A DNA stretch of 33,836 bases from Octopus bimaculoides (taxonomy: Eukaryota), in NCBI RefSeq assembly GCF_001194135.2, contig NC_068982.1, positions 187,428,681-187,462,516 of the forward strand, written 5' to 3'. A model generated the notes under the pieces. It ran no database searches. It saw only the letters and a list, made by a program, of their open reading frames with translations, and was not told the DNA's origin. This document shows, piece by piece, positions 31,204 through 33,836 of this stretch. How positions within the stretch are numbered: the stretch's first letter is position 1; each line of letters begins with the position of its first letter. Made by a program: the position numbers and the translations under genes.

Positions 31204-31619
31204 ATATATATATATGTATATATATATATGTAGATGAATATCTGTTATCTATCCTCATGGAACAGAGAAAATAAATGGACAGTATGTGTAGATATATATG
31301 TATTTCTTCTCTTAATCAGTGGCGGGGCGTGGGGGTGGGTGGAATCTGTATGTAAACAAGGGAGACAAAGCAATATCAAAATATGCCTGAACATGAGCAC
31401 ATGCCAATAGTGAGTGTTGGTGGTTTGTAGCCATGTGTGAGTTTAATAGGCACGTGCATTAGAAATGTGGCGCCGGAAGTATGGTAAATAAGTCTGTTGG
31501 TGTAATGTCGACCGATCATATTACTGGATGAGAGCAAATATACCTGTTAAATATTAAGAGATGCAGGAAACTTTTGATGCAGGCAAACAACACAGATTTG
31601 GTATCTTGTTGGGTAACTA

Positions 31620-32200
31620 TTATGTATGTGATGTGTGTGTGTGTGCGTGTGTGTGCGCGTGTGTGTGCATGTGTGTGTGTATATATATGTGTGTATATAT
31701 ATATAAATGTATATGTATATATATATGTATGTATATATATACATGCATATATGTATATATATACATGTATATATTTATATACATATATATATATGTATAT
31801 ATATATGCATATATATATGCATATATATATGTGTGTGTGTGTATGTGTGTGTGTATGTGTGTGTGTATGTGTGTGTGTGTGTAAGGAGCACTCTGTTGGT
31901 TATGGCAATGTCTGTAAGCATATATGTGTGTTACATATATGCATATAATATATGATATATACACACACACACACACATATATGTGCATATATATATATAT
32001 GCACACATGTATACATGTATATTTGTATATATATATATATGTGTGTGTATGTGTGTGTGTATGTGTGTGTGTATGTGTGTGTGTATGAGTGTGTGTGTGT
32101 GTGTATTATATTTATATACATATCTACATGTATATTTGCATGTATTTGCATGAGTGTTTATGTACTTTTGTATAATTTGTATACACATACATATATATGT
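31620..32200. repeat. (TA)/(TG) compound microsatellite
   Basis: Read directly from the sequence. Confidence 0.95.
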
Positions 32201-32467
32201 ATGCTTGTATTCGTAAGAGAGAATTGTCAGTAATATATTACAAAGAAAGGAAGGGAAACAGAGAAACTAGGAGAGAGGGAGAGAGAGAGAAAAAGAGAGT
32301 GACAGAGAGAGTGGAGGGTATAATTTTAAGTAGAAATATGAAGCAAAAAATTAAAAAAAACAAAAGAAAATTGATTTTTTTATGATACAAAAATGCTCTG
32401 AAATGAGAGGAAAGGGAAGAAGGGAATGTAAACACACACACTCAACCCCTCTCTCACACACACACAT

Positions 32468-32605
32468 GCAGGAGTGACTGTGTGGTAAGTAGCTTGCTTA
32501 CCAACCACATGGTTCCGGGTTCAGTCCCACTGCATAGCACCTTGGGCAAGTGTCTTCTACTATAGCCTCGGGCTGACCAAAGCTTTGTGAGTGGATTTGG
32601 TAGAC
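32468..32605 (+). mobile_element. SINE family B head, running into a gap
   Basis: GGAGTGACTGTGTGGTAAGTAGC..GGGTTCAGTCCC..CACCTTGGGCAAGTGTCTTC. Confidence 0.9.
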
Positions 32606-33131
32606 NNNNNNNNNNNNNNNNNNNNNNNNNNNNNNNNNNNNNNNNNNNNNNNNNNNNNNNNNNNNNNNNNNNNNNNNNNNNNNNNNNNNNNNNNNNNNNN
32701 NNNNNNNNNNNNNNNNNNNNNNNNNNNNNNNNNNNNNNNNNNNNNNNNNNNNNNNNNNNNNNNNNNNNNNNNNNNNNNNNNNNNNNNNNNNNNNNNNNNN
32801 NNNNNNNNNNNNNNNNNNNNNNNNNNNNNNNNNNNNNNNNNNNNNNNNNNNNNNNNNNNNNNNNNNNNNNNNNNNNNNNNNNNNNNNNNNNNNNNNNNNN
32901 NNNNNNNNNNNNNNNNNNNNNNNNNNNNNNNNNNNNNNNNNNNNNNNNNNNNNNNNNNNNNNNNNNNNNNNNNNNNNNNNNNNNNNNNNNNNNNNNNNNN
33001 NNNNNNNNNNNNNNNNNNNNNNNNNNNNNNNNNNNNNNNNNNNNNNNNNNNNNNNNNNNNNNNNNNNNNNNNNNNNNNNNNNNNNNNNNNNNNNNNNNNN
33101 NNNNNNNNNNNNNNNNNNNNNNNNNNNNNNN

Positions 33132-33186
<55 letters not shown>
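33132..33186. repeat. (GA)n microsatellite
   Basis: Read directly from the sequence. Confidence 0.95.
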
Positions 33187-33190
<4 letters not shown>

Positions 33191-33322
33191 TAAGAGGAGG
33201 TGGGAGGGAGAGAGACAAATGAGTCGGTTTAGAGCTGAGATTAATGAAGTGATTAAGTATTTATTGTGCCAGAATCTATGGTGATTCCTGACAAATTAAC
33301 CAATTCCTGTCTGTTGGGGTTG

Positions 33323-33411
33323 GTTGTTGCTGTTGTTGTTTAACCCCAGGTCAGTCCTGGCTTTGTAGATTTACAATCAAAGAAAGGCATTCCAGACATG
33401 ACCCTTCAGCC
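33323..33411 (-). mobile_element. Retroposon 3' end with (AAC)n tail
   Basis: Reverse complement ..GGACTGACCTGGGGTTAAACAACAAC matches 14526-14606. Confidence 0.65.
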
Positions 33412-33679
33412 GTTTTAGAGATATTTTTAAGGACTGCGTCTTGTTTTTTTTTTTTTGAAGACAGTTTGAGGAAGAATTAGCTGTTATTTCTAGCAAATCA
33501 TGGGATGTGGTTGAGGTTGCGTTGTTGATTTGTGTGATGCTGTTGGTCTCAGTCACATGGAATGTGGGGGAGAAGAAGAAAGATGATTGGGAGGCAATCA
33601 TCCATCGTTTAACAGCAGGGTGAGGTGGAGATGGTTAGAAAATACAATATGTCTGATGCGGTCAATATCATCTTCACCA

Positions 33680-33836
33680 TCACCTCTCCACCACCACCAC
33701 CACTACTGCTTCTGTTACTACTACTACTACTACTACTACTACCTTGACTGTTTCCACCACCACTAGTTTCGCTGCCCACCCCTACCCCACCAACCATACC
33801 ACCACCACCACCACCACCACCACCACTACTATTACT
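33680..33836. repeat. (ACC)/(ACT) low-complexity tract
   Basis: Read directly from the sequence. Confidence 0.9.

Overview
AT-rich, gapped animal genomic DNA made almost entirely of repeats. The SINE/LINE repertoire suggests an octopus or other coleoid cephalopod (inference, not verified). No intact protein-coding gene is supportable: nearly all ORFs in the track are microsatellite or N-gap artefacts, or decayed transposon frames. Contents: three tRNA-derived SINE families (labelled A, B, C here), many 5'-truncated RTE-clade LINE 3' ends with (GAT)n tails, three divergent R4/Dong-type LINE fragments with a restriction-like endonuclease, an internally deleted mariner, two hAT-type MITEs with 8-bp TSDs, a foldback element with a (CCCTAA)n core, a probable Helitron 5' end, and many microsatellites. 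A few minus-strand splice signals hint that the window is intronic to an unidentified gene. The most unexpected signal is at 26.0-26.55 kb: two same-strand type I hammerhead ribozyme motifs (one near-intact, one decayed) sharing a GAAACTCG(G/T)GTC helix III. They bracket a 484-nt structured segment containing a 112-nt foldback hairpin, which resembles a Penelope pLTR or retrozyme-like cassette.
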